The notes under the pieces: generated by a model
Database searches by the model: none
What the model saw: the letters and a program-made list of their open reading frames with translations, nothing else
What the model was told of the DNA's origin: nothing
In this document: positions 1 through 12,720 of the stretch, in pieces
How the letters are laid out: every line of letters begins with the position of its first letter
Position numbering within the stretch: position 1 is the first letter of the stretch
Translations under genes and position numbers: made by a program
Origin: Raillietiella orientalis
Taxonomy: Eukaryota
Length of the DNA stretch: 64,000 nt
Assembly: GCA_036172245.1 (NCBI GenBank)
Contig: JAYWIR010000009.1
Span: forward strand, 1,178,001-1,242,000
Direction of reading: 5' to 3'

Positions 1-1267
1 TTCGTTTCTAATTTTAGCTTCTTGATTCAGGAATGTACGGCAGAATGTAGTAGAGGCTTGATCATCATGATGTGGATGCCGTCACCAGCAGTTGCTTGTT
101 TGTTCCGTTCACGATGATGATGCCTTCTGTTAGTGGATTTTGTGTTGTCGCGTTGCCTCAGGTCATGCCTGCGATTATGTGATCTATTCTGTGGGGTGGG
201 AGGTGCCGCCCTGTTCTTATAATGCCGGTGACCGACGAATCCGAGGATTGCACACGAGGATTCGACACGAACGAAACTTCCGAAGTCTACTGTAAACACT
301 GCGAAGGTATTCGGTTGGAATACGATGCCCTCACCTCTTCTGTTTTACTTGTCATTGCTCCTTGCCCGCATTTTGCGAATGTTGTCTGCCCTTTTTGTGT
401 GTGTAGGTTGGGTGGTTGACGTTGCCGATGGTCACTGTGTGTTCGGGACCAGGGGGTCGTTTGTTCTCTCGCGGAGGGTGAATGTCGAGGGTTTTCAGGG
501 GGAAGCCGTGCGCCTGTTGCTGGAAGTGTACCGAAAGGTCGCGCATAACAGCCATGGATCTGTACTCACGTAATTGTCCCGCAGATCGAGTTCCCTGTGC
601 TCTCGGCGGATGATTGATGACATTGGTTTGATGGCGATGTAAAAGTAACCGAAGGAAGTCGTATCTTCTGCTTGCTGCTGCTTTTCTCATCCCGGCTGCT
701 CTTTGTGGAGCTGTGTTCACGAGTGGTTTCAAATGAGTGCAAGAATGGTGAATTTGAGCACAGATAAGAAATTTCGCAACAGATTCCCAGAGGGTCCACA
801 CTCTTACAAGAAGACCGTGTGCCAGTCATGCAGCATATGCATTAAAGTGCAGAATTCTCGAGTGAGGGCATAGCCTGGCGGAAAAGTACATCTGTTTTAC
901 TTACGGAGACTTTTTCCGTTTTCCGTACAGGAAGATTATTGTCATTCAGATTGAATCCTGCGAGGGAAAATGTAGAAAAAAGTGACTTCCCGGATCCACG
1001 AGTCCAGATTTTTTGTTCGTTTTTTTGCATTCTTTTCGATCCAGATTGGATCCAGTTCTCTCGCATCCGAGCATCATAGCTGGCAGCTTATTGGTTTCAC
1101 GGAACATACTCATTCAGATTGTGGATTTAAAATGAGTAACCATAGCAGATAGGTACCCTGATTAGATTGTAGCAGCTTTTCTTGTGCTGAAGTTATGGTA
1201 TTGCATATTGGTTTGAGACAGATTAATCGTAGCCGAGCGGAAATTTTTGATCTGTAATCTTTAGAGT

Positions 1268-1268
<1 letters not shown>

Positions 1269-1314
<46 letters not shown>
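1269..1314. repeat. Poly(T) run immediately followed by poly(A) run
   Basis: T at 1269-1296, then A at 1297-1314. The same arrangement occurs at 17551-17579. Confidence 0.9.
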
Positions 1315-2555
1315 CATATATATTTGAAGTTCGAGGGATTCGAATTCTATTCTTTTGAACGCCCGCACATTATCACAGTGGCATGCCGACCCCGGCAGTT
1401 TCATGCATGTGCGTTATTCGCAAACTGCTTGATTCGAACACAGCGTGATCCAGCTTGTGCCTTAGTCATCCTGCTCTGGAAAGCGAAGCTGAGCCCTGCT
1501 TTCACGTACAAACCTGGAAGGAAAATGGAAGCCATAATTTGCGAATGCTCAGGAGCGCCTTGTCCTTTCGCCGGTGCCGAATGCTAGTGCAAGGAGGAAA
1601 ACGTCTGGTGCTTCCAACTGAGCTTGTCGCCGTTTCCGGCAAACCATTTGCAAGCACATAAGCGTGTTCCCAACATTTGATTTGAGGGGAGGGAGCGAAA
1701 AAAAAAAAAAAAAAAGTTAGGTCCTTCCATCGCCCCCTAAAGACAGTTATTTCCTTGGCACGTTCCTGTGTTTCAGTACTCCGTCCGAGTTGAGGGAAAA
1801 GTTGCCTGAACGCCTGTAGCATTTCTGCAACATGATTTGTCTAGCGGGCGAATGTATGTGTGCGAGCGCAAACGCGGAAGTTTTCCTTGGGGGAGAGGGG
1901 GGGGGGGGGAAGGGCCCCATTCCCGCCTTTTGGACATGCAGGGGATGGTTGCGCGTTGCATCCGAACTCACGCGGTGCGCGCGTTTTGGGGATCTCTATT
2001 TAGAGCGGCTGCCTTTTGGAGCAAAACGCGCCCGCCGCGGCCAACTCTACATCAGTTAATGATCATTCTTTAGGATGGAAGTAGTTTTCAGGTACATCTT
2101 CTCCTGAGGAAGGGATTATGAAAGTTGCTGCCGTTTCTTGACGGAGCGGATTCGTTGTTTGTGTAAAGCAACGAGAAATCGTCGTCTTCTCGAAGTAATC
2201 CTCAATTTTTCCCACGGTGAATTTTATCCAGAGAGTTGGCCGATGGATGGTTTCGGGCACGAATGGAATTCGGTCGGCGGAATCGAAAGCGATGCTGTGT
2301 GTCATTGCCAGGAGCCGTTGGACACGGAACTCTTCGTGCTTGCGCGTTGCCTCTGAATTCTCTTGCGTTTGCTGTGCGTTCAAGCTTGCTTCTTGTTTCG
2401 GTTTGTGCACAGCGAGGAGTACGTGTCGTTTCATTCACACACATCAATACCGAAACGTTGGATTGGGTCGAACACTCAAACGCATGATTCGAATTTTTGC
2501 TTTCCGATGTAATCGAAACGACCAGACCCCAAATCGGTCGCTCCAGCATTCATTT

Positions 2556-2624
2556 TCTCTCTCTCTCTCTCTCTCTCTCCTGTCGATGTCATCCTGTTAG
2601 TGGAGGAGTACACGTGTGCTTACT

Positions 2625-2657
<33 letters not shown>
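2556..2657. repeat. (CT)n and (GT)n microsatellites
   Basis: CT dinucleotide run at ~2556-2578 and GT run at ~2627-2657. Confidence 0.9.
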
Positions 2658-2659
<2 letters not shown>

Positions 2660-5600
2660 CTATTGAGATTTCCTCAAAGCGTCCCCAAGTTACGAAATAC
2701 GTCCAGAAATGAAATCTTTCTTCCCCCCGCCCCCCTCTCCCCTCCACACAGCACATGGTTGGGTTCATAAATGAAGCAGAGCAGTGTTGTAACCCGTTCC
2801 GAGGTGTGCCATCTGCCAGTTGTGCACCGCGGTGCAGCGTAGTTGCCCATCATCTCCGCGATGCTTTCGAAGAGATCTCCGGCTGGTGTTCTGATCTGTG
2901 GTAATGAAGACACGGATTCGTTGCTGCTCGTTCGATTCCTACCAAAGTTAGCTTCGGCTCCTGTGCAGTTTGCAGTGGATCAAGCTTTCAGATTCCTTCA
3001 ACTTCGTGGAAGAAATTCGTTGGCTGGACGCTCGGCGGCTTTCATACGTCTTCTCGTATTTGCGTCCTGTTCCGCTTGAGACGTGCTCTGTAAGCATCAG
3101 TTCCTAGCTCTTCCAGCGTCAAGCTCTTGCTCATCCTACTCCGGGTGGGTTCTAGGATATCTCATACCGTGCAAGTTTCAATTTTGCACCGCAAACCCGC
3201 CACCCGTCTTACCTTCGAATCATCTTCATTTGATCTGTTCTTGTAGCCCTTGCTTGTGATTTATTTTACATCGGACTTTTCTGTATGTGTGATGCACAGC
3301 AACAGCTTCGACCTTCTTAGCTTTGTAGCTTTCATCCACGTGCATCGACACGAACAATTCTGAGTGCATTGCTTTGCTTTCCGTTTCTTGTAGGGGAAAC
3401 GCATGGAAAGCATATCGGGCAGATTCCCTTTTTTGCATTTATCGACGCTGTTTCAAAAGAAAAAAAAAAAAAACAAACAAACTGGAAAAGATTTCTTGTC
3501 GGAAGTCTTTCGGCTGCAGACTGAGGTTTTGTAAATCTTTTTTAAACAGCATTTTGGCATCATCTGTTAGCAAATGAGGCCATTCTCATATCTGTGCCGG
3601 TTTCGTCCTGTTGTGTATCGCTAAGCTGGAAGAGCTTTCGATTCCCTTGTGGGGCTTACAGCGTAGCTTGTAATATTTCGCACCGTTTAGCATTCACCTG
3701 ATACATGACTCACCAGTATTGCATCTCCTGTTTAACCGATCTCAGCTCCCGCGACCTTTGGCCCGCACACGAGCGGTTTGCAAAACGCGTCTCTTTCGCT
3801 GGAGACTGGTGGCTATAAAGCCGGGAAGTTTTCGGCGTGTCCTCACTGTTCTTTTCCTCTGTGAGTGGGAAAAGGGAAGATGAGGATTCCCGGCGACATT
3901 CGGAGTGGTTCGAGATGCCCGGATCGTTGTTTTTCGTTTGCAGACGTGTTGATTCCTTCATGTCTGTGCACCGCTTCTGCGTACCGAACAGGTTTTTTCA
4001 CCTTCTCTGCGATCGTCTCCACCCCCAAGCTTAAGTTATAAAGTAAGGGAAAGTGTTGGATGCTCGAATTCCGACTTAATGGACATCGGGTAAGTGATGA
4101 AGCATCAGTGAGATTTCATTCTTTGCATGCACGAGCGTAAACTTTCTCCTGTGGAACGTAGTAGACGTCCTCGTTCACATTAAATCCGACGTATTCGTCG
4201 TAGCCATTTCTCTTGTCAATTACGCAAAGGGCTTGCGTTCACCGCAGCACGCTGAATCCCGAGTCACACGTGTGTATGTGTGGTTTCTCATGTGTGGATC
4301 TCATTATATATCCCTTATGCACAGTGGGGAACGAGTCGGCGGAAAAAGTAAATAGGCATGGTGCACGTTTCTAGATGGACGGGTGGTACGGAGGACAGAA
4401 CATGGCTCTTCACAATGTTAATTACAATAGGGAATATTTACAATCACAGTAAAGGCAGTTTTTATACTGAATAGAAGTCGCCCTTCTGTGTGTTCCCATG
4501 TTGGATGAAAAACCACTACTACAAGTGTGCATCTTCAGCAGAAAGGAGACTAGTGCACCTGTCTTCGAGTAATTTAATGTCAGCTGGAGTTGAAGTGCTC
4601 CGATGGTAATTACAGCAACATGAAAGCAACTTATCTCGCAAGGAGTCCGTTTGTTTAATTTCATGCTCATTTATCTGGGTATGATTTTTATAGAATTCGA
4701 TTTGTTGCACCTCTCGTTTGGCGTACTCACGTTCTATCAGAGATGGTTTTAGAAGGTGCTTCGCTTTTCCTTTTGAAGAGTCAACTCGAAAGCAAATTTT
4801 TATTCGCCGTTTTCGACTGTTTCCCCCCCACTATAGCTTACTCTCCTTCACTTTTCAGATAAATTTCTATTTATCTCGTCCAGTAGTTTACGGTGCGTCT
4901 CAAATTATAAAACCAAAAATCACAATTGCTGTTCCATGCCTTCATTCCATGTTTCACCCCTTTTTGCGAGTCACATTTTTATTTCGTTTTCATCAACCCG
5001 AATGGAATTGGGGTCTATTCATGTTCTCTGCACCTCTGGCGCTCGTAATCAAAGCATATCTGAGCTTCTCCGTCTTCCGAGATAGCTGTCGGCGTCACAA
5101 ATACGTTAATTACCGGTCACATGCCCTGTGCAATGCGACGTGCGCGTTGATGTCTGTGGCTAATTGCACAGGACCAAAAAGTTGTTACATATATTACATG
5201 CCGAATCCCGCGAAGCAGCACTTTCAGAGCCAAGTTGCGCCCGCTTGCCGTTCCTGCTTAACGTAATGCATTCGTGTTTCCGTGTTCATGCTGCTTTCTG
5301 AAACAGCAGCAGCAAAGCTGAATGAGCTGAAAACCGAGGCATCGTGGAAACTGCGGAAGCTGCTGCTGGTGGAACAGATGCATTCCAACATCGCTGTGGC
5401 AGCAGTGACCTTCACGGTACAACCGCGTTGCTCTACGAGGGTGTGCGAGCGGCGGCAATGCTCAAGAAGTGCGAGATCCGTGAGGCTGGATGGTGCGTAC
5501 CAACCACGGGAGCATTCACTGCCCAGCGGACTCACCACCATCACGGGATCATCCCGTTTCCGCATGTGTAGATTGTAGAGGGGAACGAAGTCCTGCGGGG

Positions 5601-6249
5601 ACTTCGTGGAGAACGGTTCTCGTTCCCAATAAGTGTCGCATGGGAGGCTCTAAATTTTTGCAGCTCGTTTTATTCCGATTTTGGGTATTCTAATAGAAGC
5701 GCGCAAGGATTTTTACATCGTCGGAAGAATTTTCAGCCTCCAGATTGAGGAAGAAGTGACACATATTTGGCTATCTGCGGAAAAGAGTATTTTTATTAAG
5801 ATTTATTTAGTGGCTGTGAAAATGGCTTCGAGATTATTTTTAACATAGTTTTGGATTCTACGAAAGCCGTGCGTTTTTTTATTGGGAAAATATTGAAGCT
5901 ATTGCCGAATCTGAAAATAACTCAATTGCCTGCTTTAGACAAACATGCGATTTTATATTTTTGTGATTTTAGTGCCGCAGTCTCTAGAATAGGTCTTGCA
6001 GGCCCCCGAGCAACGCTCGAACTGCAAAAGTTTAGTGGTACATTGTCTCGAAGATTCTCGTGTGATTATTTAGTGAAGTTCGCGAAATGTCGTTTCTCCA
6101 TTCCAGGAACATAAACACAATGTAAATTTTGCAGACAGCAACCCGAAATAAAACTGTCAAACGAATTTTCCTTTTCCTGAAAGTTTTTTTTTTTTTTTGG
6201 TCCTGAGCTTTTACTTCTTGCCGAGCGTCATCGTGTTGCTTTTTAGGTG

Positions 6250-6620
6250 AATACCAACTTGCAGACCCGCCTATTTGCTTTCATTAATGTTGGAAACATG
6301 GGATGGATTCGCGTGATGATGAAGATCGAGCTGCTATTGGAAAATTTCCTTACTTCCTGCACTAATTCATGGGCCCTCGAGTCCCGCGGAATGATTAAAT
6401 CCTGAAGTCGCGTTGCCGGGAGTGCGTTCGAATGAGGTTCGGTGGACCAGATCAGCGAGATCATTTGTCGTGGTCGAGGAGGTTTTCATTCGGCCACACG
6501 GTCTCTTCCAGTCTTCATTCAGTTTATCTAGTCTTGCAGCGAGGTTCCTCGTCTGCTGCGGAACATTCCCTGTTTCTTTGCGCTGTGGATCACAACCTAA
6601 AGAGAGGGGCTCTTGCACTT
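6250..6620 (-). mobile_element. Decayed Tc1/mariner transposase fragment
   Basis: Minus strand reads LNEDWKR / TVWPNE across a frameshift, resembling the Tc1 'EDWKxVxWSDE' first catalytic Asp motif. Downstream SIFIITRIHP is a weak match to 'IFQQDNxPxH'. Confidence 0.4.
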
Positions 6621-6959
6621 TTCCCCACCTCTGTGATGGTTCGAGTGGGTCTCAATGGACATACGTGGCTTTGCGTTTTCAGGCGCTCGTTAAAACGAAA
6701 TGAGAAACATTTCCAGTACATTCACAAAAAAAAATGTACATGTGCTGTTCGCGAGCCCTCGGAAACAAAAGAAAGGGTGAATTTTTTACACCCAGGATAA
6801 AAGTCATTTAAGGTATGATCCACTGTTTCGTCGACGACATCTTTGCATCACATAGGAAATCATTCACGCTTTGATTATTCCGTTTCTTAATTAGCGTTTG
6901 GAGTACGGTTATTCCCAGGTGTGATCCACTTTTTCCCGAACGGAACTCTCGTAAGCATT

Positions 6960-7400
6960 CCACAGTGGAACTAAATAGTGAAATTTCGGTGGCAGATGAG
7001 GGGAACTTTGAAACACGTGGGATTATTTCCCTGGACTTTGTGACCACAGCACGGACTTTGGACACCCTTGAACCGTTGCACGTCGATCGGGAATTTATAG
7101 ATCTTCACTGCACGCTGGTACGAAATTCAGCAATTCACTCGTCTCTCAGCTCGCATGTGTACAGCAGTCTGTTGTTGAGTTTGGAGGACATAATGAAATG
7201 GTAACTCTTAGGTCAAAAAATGGTAGAGATCAGATTCATTGGTAGTTGACTTCCAGCTGATGGGTGTGTCACACTGGGATCTCAGTTAGGATGTATTAAA
7301 CAAAGGAAGGTCATTGGAATGAACCAGATCCAAAGATGGTGAACGAAGTTGAATGGAAGTGTTCGCGCGCCAAATAAACAAACAGCATTCTATACAATTG
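6960..7400 (+). mobile_element. Decayed mariner-like (IS630-Tc1-mariner) transposase fragment
   Basis: Three motifs in the correct order, with stops: EISVADEGNFETRG (~'IxFSDEAxFxxxG'), FQLMGVSHW (~'FQQDGAPPHW') and E*TRSKD (~'WPxRSPD'). Confidence 0.45.
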
Positions 7401-10400
7401 TAAACATACTTCAGCCTTCACAGAAAAATGCTGTAAGATTCGAATAAAAAAAAGACTTTGGATTAATTGCTCATTGCCGTTATGTTCTGGTTAGCATGCA
7501 TCATTGTAAGTATCAATTCCGCAGCATTCCAACCTAGCATCTTTCATTGTGTGGCTGCATTCGGATTTCTTATGTCATTCTGTGAAACATGACCGTGATG
7601 ATGCTAAGCTCAAGAACGAATGGAAAGACAGCACGTTGACATGGGCAAAGAGAAATCATCCTCAGCTGTGATCGGGGCCGTACAGCGTGCGTCTTCCGAT
7701 TTAAAACTCTTGCAGATGGAGCATTTCGGTTTTCTCCGCTGCATGGTCTCATCGCTCATCTATTTCGCGCAGGGCTGCTGTTGCATGCTGCATCTAAAGT
7801 TCCGAACTTTCACCATCTCGCAGCCCTGATAAAATGTATTCCAGGACCTGTTATCCATGAAATCTACTTCTGTTTAGTCACCAATCGTTTTCCACTGGAC
7901 ACTGCGTGGCATTTCAGTGGAAGGGTCATCCTAGATGTTTTCCAGCAAATCCGCATTCAGTGGAGTTTTTTCCTTTTTGCCATATGTTGCTGCATTTCTT
8001 GTCTAGTGATTTCTAACGAGTTTTGCGTTTCTCCGTGTGCATCGTAATTGCAAGGACGCCTTTCGCCATCTTTCTTCATCGTGGCTTTTCGGTAGGTTTC
8101 CGTATTTTGTCTCGACTAGTATTGGGATGTTTGAAACGTGCCCTGCTCGGAAATCTCCAAAAACCTATTCCGTTTGCTCTTTATTCGCTTGCTGTGATCC
8201 CACGTGGAGCAACCCTTCTGCATTTGTACTTTACTGTCGAATAGTTTATGTTAATGAATTTTTTTTTTCTTCTTCTCCCTTCCTGATGGTTGTTTTATTT
8301 GCAAAATCGTGTGCCTCTCACAGTCCGTGTTCTTCCTAGTATGCTGATCTTATTCAAAGATGGGGTAGCTGCTAGCGAATTTGGTGCTTTGCTAGCCGAG
8401 TCGTGTTAGATTTAGGGAGAATTGCTTCCTGCATTAAAAGGTTGCAGATTCCTCCTCTCTCTTTCTCCCTGTCCCTTTTTTCCCGTCAGGAACATAAAGG
8501 AGCATCAATCCGTACTTTCATGTATCACGTTTTGGCGTCTCATCTTTCCTCTGGTTTGAAGCAAAACATTTCCCTTTCCAAGTGCGTTATTCGGTGTTTC
8601 ATTGCATCTCATCTTGCCAATTGGTAATCTCTCGCAATTATCAATCAACTTCTCAAAAGTGCGTATCTGCTAAAGCTTGCCCGATTTATTCTTTAAAATT
8701 AATTCGTGGTTTATGCTCAAATTTTTTGTGAATTCGTACGCATGTTCTCCAGTCTCACGCCTGCACCTCATCTCATCGTTGTTGTTCCAAGTCTATTGAG
8801 TCACATAAAATAAATAATACAAAAGTTCTGTGTAGTAGGTCTGAATGCTCCTTTGATGCAGATGATTCGGCTCAATGCATCTTAATTTTGTGTTAATGCT
8901 CGTGGGTTTAGAAAAGGTAGTCTTTGGGTAATCAAAAGAGCAATTTGCATTCTCTGAAGAAGAAGAAGAAGAAGAAGAAAAAAAGAATCTTCCAGCCAAG
9001 TCAGGTCTTCCTTTTATAATTTTTTATGTGTTGTTCCTAATTTGCCTTCTGTGTTAGTCAATCAGTATGGAGGGCAAACTGATTAATCTACAGTATCTTC
9101 TTTTACTTCATAAATTTTGAATTATTAACTACATGGTCAGCTGCTGATCCATACGGATGAATGGGAGCATATGGATGTCAGTTCAGTGTTTGCATTCTTT
9201 TAACTGCTTGGCCCATTACTTCTGATCTTCACCACTGTTTTAGGACGAAATGGCTACCACCATTAACTTTCGTTTTAAACAAGCTCCTAATCTCGATTGA
9301 AAATAAATAAATCAGAAGTCACAACGGAGGAAGCATAAATCATACATTGAGACTCGTAATTTGATTATATTAGCACCAACTGTGCATCCTCTGTAATGTA
9401 ATTTACGATATGATTGTGTGTTGACGGCAAATGCATGTGTACCGTACTTGCCTTCGCCTCCAAGGTGCCGTCTTGCGGTGCATAATTTGTGGTTTGTGTT
9501 TTCTGTACCATAACTGTTTCTCAGCGATTAGGTTTGCGTACTGTCGTTTTCCTTGTTTGCTGTTGTCCTATTTAAAAGGGCAAGAAACTTTCCTTTGGCT
9601 GCCCCCATGTGAAGTTTCCAGTAGACAGAATTCAGCGATTTCATTCGAGTGCTCGGGTTCCTCATGAAGATAGTTTTTTTTTTTATTATTATTATTCAGT
9701 CACTTCTGTTGTGTGATCGATGTTTTTTTTTTTTTTTTTTTTTTTTCCTCAAGTTACTCAATCGTGTCAATAAGTTTATTTTCCCCCCTGATTGCATAGA
9801 TGTAGTTGCATTCGATGATCATCCAGTCTTGCTTGTCTCCCTCATTTCACTTTGATGGATAGGCTTCCTGCATCAGCTACATCTTTGACAGTCAAAAAAA
9901 TCCTTTCTGTTCGCAACTGTGGATTTCAGCAAAGAACTGTTGCAGCGTTGATAGATGACAGAAAGTCATGCGTTGTCAGTTTATATTGATCATTTGGCCA
10001 CATTCTGAAACAGGAAGGTATTTCTAAAGCTTTGGTATTCGTCTTCATTGCATAAATGTCTGCGTGCAACCATCTCCGTATCCCGTAATTTCATAAAGGA
10101 GAACTCTGGGAACGTCTGTGTAGTCCATATGTGTATCGATCAGCAATCGAAATACCTGGTATCATCATTTTTGAGAGAACCTTACTGCCTCAAAACTGTT
10201 GTGGTGTTCCCGAACTTCGGGGGAATTTTCCCTGTGCTCCGTTCGCTATTTCCTGCATAAAAAAGAGGGACGCGTTTGTCGTTTATTTAATGCACCGATG
10301 TCATGCAGGGTTTTTACACTTGTTGCATCGCTTTCTCTTGTGTATATTTGTTTCATCATTTCATAGCAAAGAAGTAGTCCTGCTGAGTTTATTAGAGTCT

Positions 10401-12289
10401 GGAAGACGCACACGCTGAAGCCTTGAAGGGAATCACATGCGGGGTGATGCTCGTTTGACGAACGGACCGAGTCTCAAGACAGAACCTCTCTCATTAGGAC
10501 GATGATGCGCATAGGGGAAATTTTGATTCAGACCGGGGAAGCTGGTTTTCATTATCTCTTGTGCACCAAAAACGAAGGCTGTGCTTGCTTCGTGTGCATT
10601 GCTTACCTCATTATTTTGTGATTGGTTTGGACATGCACAGGACCGTGTTGTGGACGCAGTTTGAAAAACCATGGCATGTTGCAGCGACTCAAACGCAGCA
10701 TCACGTGTTCCCAGGTCTCACTGTAAAGTCAGGATCGCGAGATTTTCGTAGTGGACCTGGGAGGGCAGAATTAGTGTAGGTCGTTTGAATTGGTTCCCCT
10801 AGTGAGCGCCTGATCACAAAGAACTGCAATTTACTTGTACAAAAGAAATGTGGGAAATAGAGAGGGAGCTTCTTCTTTTACATAAGCTTTTGTATCTTAT
10901 AGGATTGGCATGAATTGTACATGTTTTCACTGTAAAAGCAGCGATATAGGTTAACACTTTTCAGATACGAAAATTCTTTCGTGCTTGTTCGAAGGAGTTA
11001 TTGAATTGCTATAAATCATTTTCATTTTACGATTGTGGAATGAAATTCCGAAAACGGAGTTTTTTACTATGCTTTTTGCCAAGGGTCTAATAAATTGAGA
11101 CTGAACCAATGCTGCCCATATCTGATGAAGTGTTCGTTTTCCGTCATAGGTGCGCAGACACTTTTTGCTATTCAGAACGTTCTAGTTTCTTGCGTTTCAT
11201 CTTGTTTATTCAGACCGATAAGATCAGAAGAAGAGCCTTGATACCGATGTTCTGCGAGGAAACTTTTCAAAGCCTTTGAAATGGAACATTTCATGCTTCT
11301 TGTCCTCTGGGGTTGTAATCGGCGTAGTGAGGCTGTGCCAAAAACCAAAGGATGTGTGGACTTTGGTGAACTCACCGAAGAATAGCGGAAGTGATGGCGC
11401 TTGATTCCTGTTCCTGGAAACTCGGAACGAGTCCCAAAAAACTGATTTGATGTTCTGTATTCGAGAGTCTTCCCGTAAAGCGTGGATTCGAAAATCATCA
11501 CGCCAGATCCTGATTCGTGCAGCGTTTCTTCTCTTGGGCCGTAGGAGGCTGACTCGTGTCGCAAGGGGTGAAAGGGTCACTCTTCTTTCATTTATCTACG
11601 AAATAACGATGCAGTTTCGATAACGCGAGCCTTGTGTTCCTGAGGAACTCGAAATGCAGTTAGGCCTGCATTCGTTTTCAATGTTAAAAAAAAAAAAAAA
11701 AAATAGCATGAAGCATTGAACTTTTTAAGCTTTTGACTTTGAGGGCATGTCACTAATTCGTATACATTTCTCAGGCCAAATTATGACTTTATGCAACAGC
11801 TGTTTAGCTAGAATAATTCGTGCCAACTTCCTTAAGTTTCATTGGTCTCGACTTTTAATGACCTTTTGCAAAAGAATCGTAATGCAGGTCACTGCCTGCA
11901 TTTGGCACCTTTAGGTTTCCATTCAGTCGTTTTTCAAATGACGCAGATCTTTATGAATGGAGTGGGAACCCCCTATGCAATGTGCTTGCAATTTATTTTA
12001 TTTATTTTGCTATGCGTTTTCCTTGTGTGTGCGCGCGTGCGCGTGCATACTTGATAAATACATACGGCAAACACACAAGCATGAAGATACGACGAGTAGA
12101 TAAAATATTTTTATGTGTTTATCGATTTATCATCTTTTCCTAGGAGTGTGCCTCAGTTTTTTTTTTTTTTTTTTTTTTAGAAGTTGTGCTATTGGAAATC
12201 GAAGCTTTTCGAGTCTGGATTTTTTTTCTTTTCTTTCTGTATCGTGTGAGTAGAGGATTTGCTTGTCACATTACGTTATAGGAAGGTTT

Positions 12290-12720
12290 CCTATTGGATT
12301 TCGGAAAAGGAAATTGGACCATTGATGAAGACGTGACAGGGTTTCTCGGGTGGGTCAGCGGTTCAAACGCCAATGGGTTCTGTAGGGAAAAGCGTCGAGA
12401 ATGGTCTTGTGGGACACCACCGTTCGTGCTGGACGATAGCAAAAGAACCCTCAACTGGTTTGCAGAATTTCTGGCAAGCACTCATCTCTGGGTTTTCCTG
12501 TTCTTCATTCGATGCTCCAAGGAGAGTTCGGTTCTCACAAGTCGGATCAGTTTGTCGCTGAACTTTTCGGGAAACTCGGGAAACCTGATGAAAACTTCTT
12601 CTCGCGGACAATTCCCCCTGCGTCCCGGCCCCATTCCGAACCCTTTCGACGTGGACGTGCCCACACCGTGGTTGTCGTTCTCCTTGTGTGGCCTCCGGCT
12701 CGATTCGGCATCTGTCTGAA
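12290..12720 (+). mobile_element. Possible decayed LTR-retrotransposon integrase fragment
   Basis: FGSHKSDQFVAELFGKL...SRTIPP loosely resembles the integrase core 'FGxPxxIxSDxGxQFxSxLF...RTxxYxP'. Weak. Confidence 0.25.

Noticed and set aside
222..306. Possible small coding exon MPVTDESEDC...YCKHCEG with a GT donor
   Set aside because: No recognisable homology or partner exon, so it cannot be supported from sequence alone.
10581..10592. U6 snRNA 5'-like GTGCTTGCTTCG
   Set aside because: Only 12 nt match and the continuation GCAGCACATATAC is absent.
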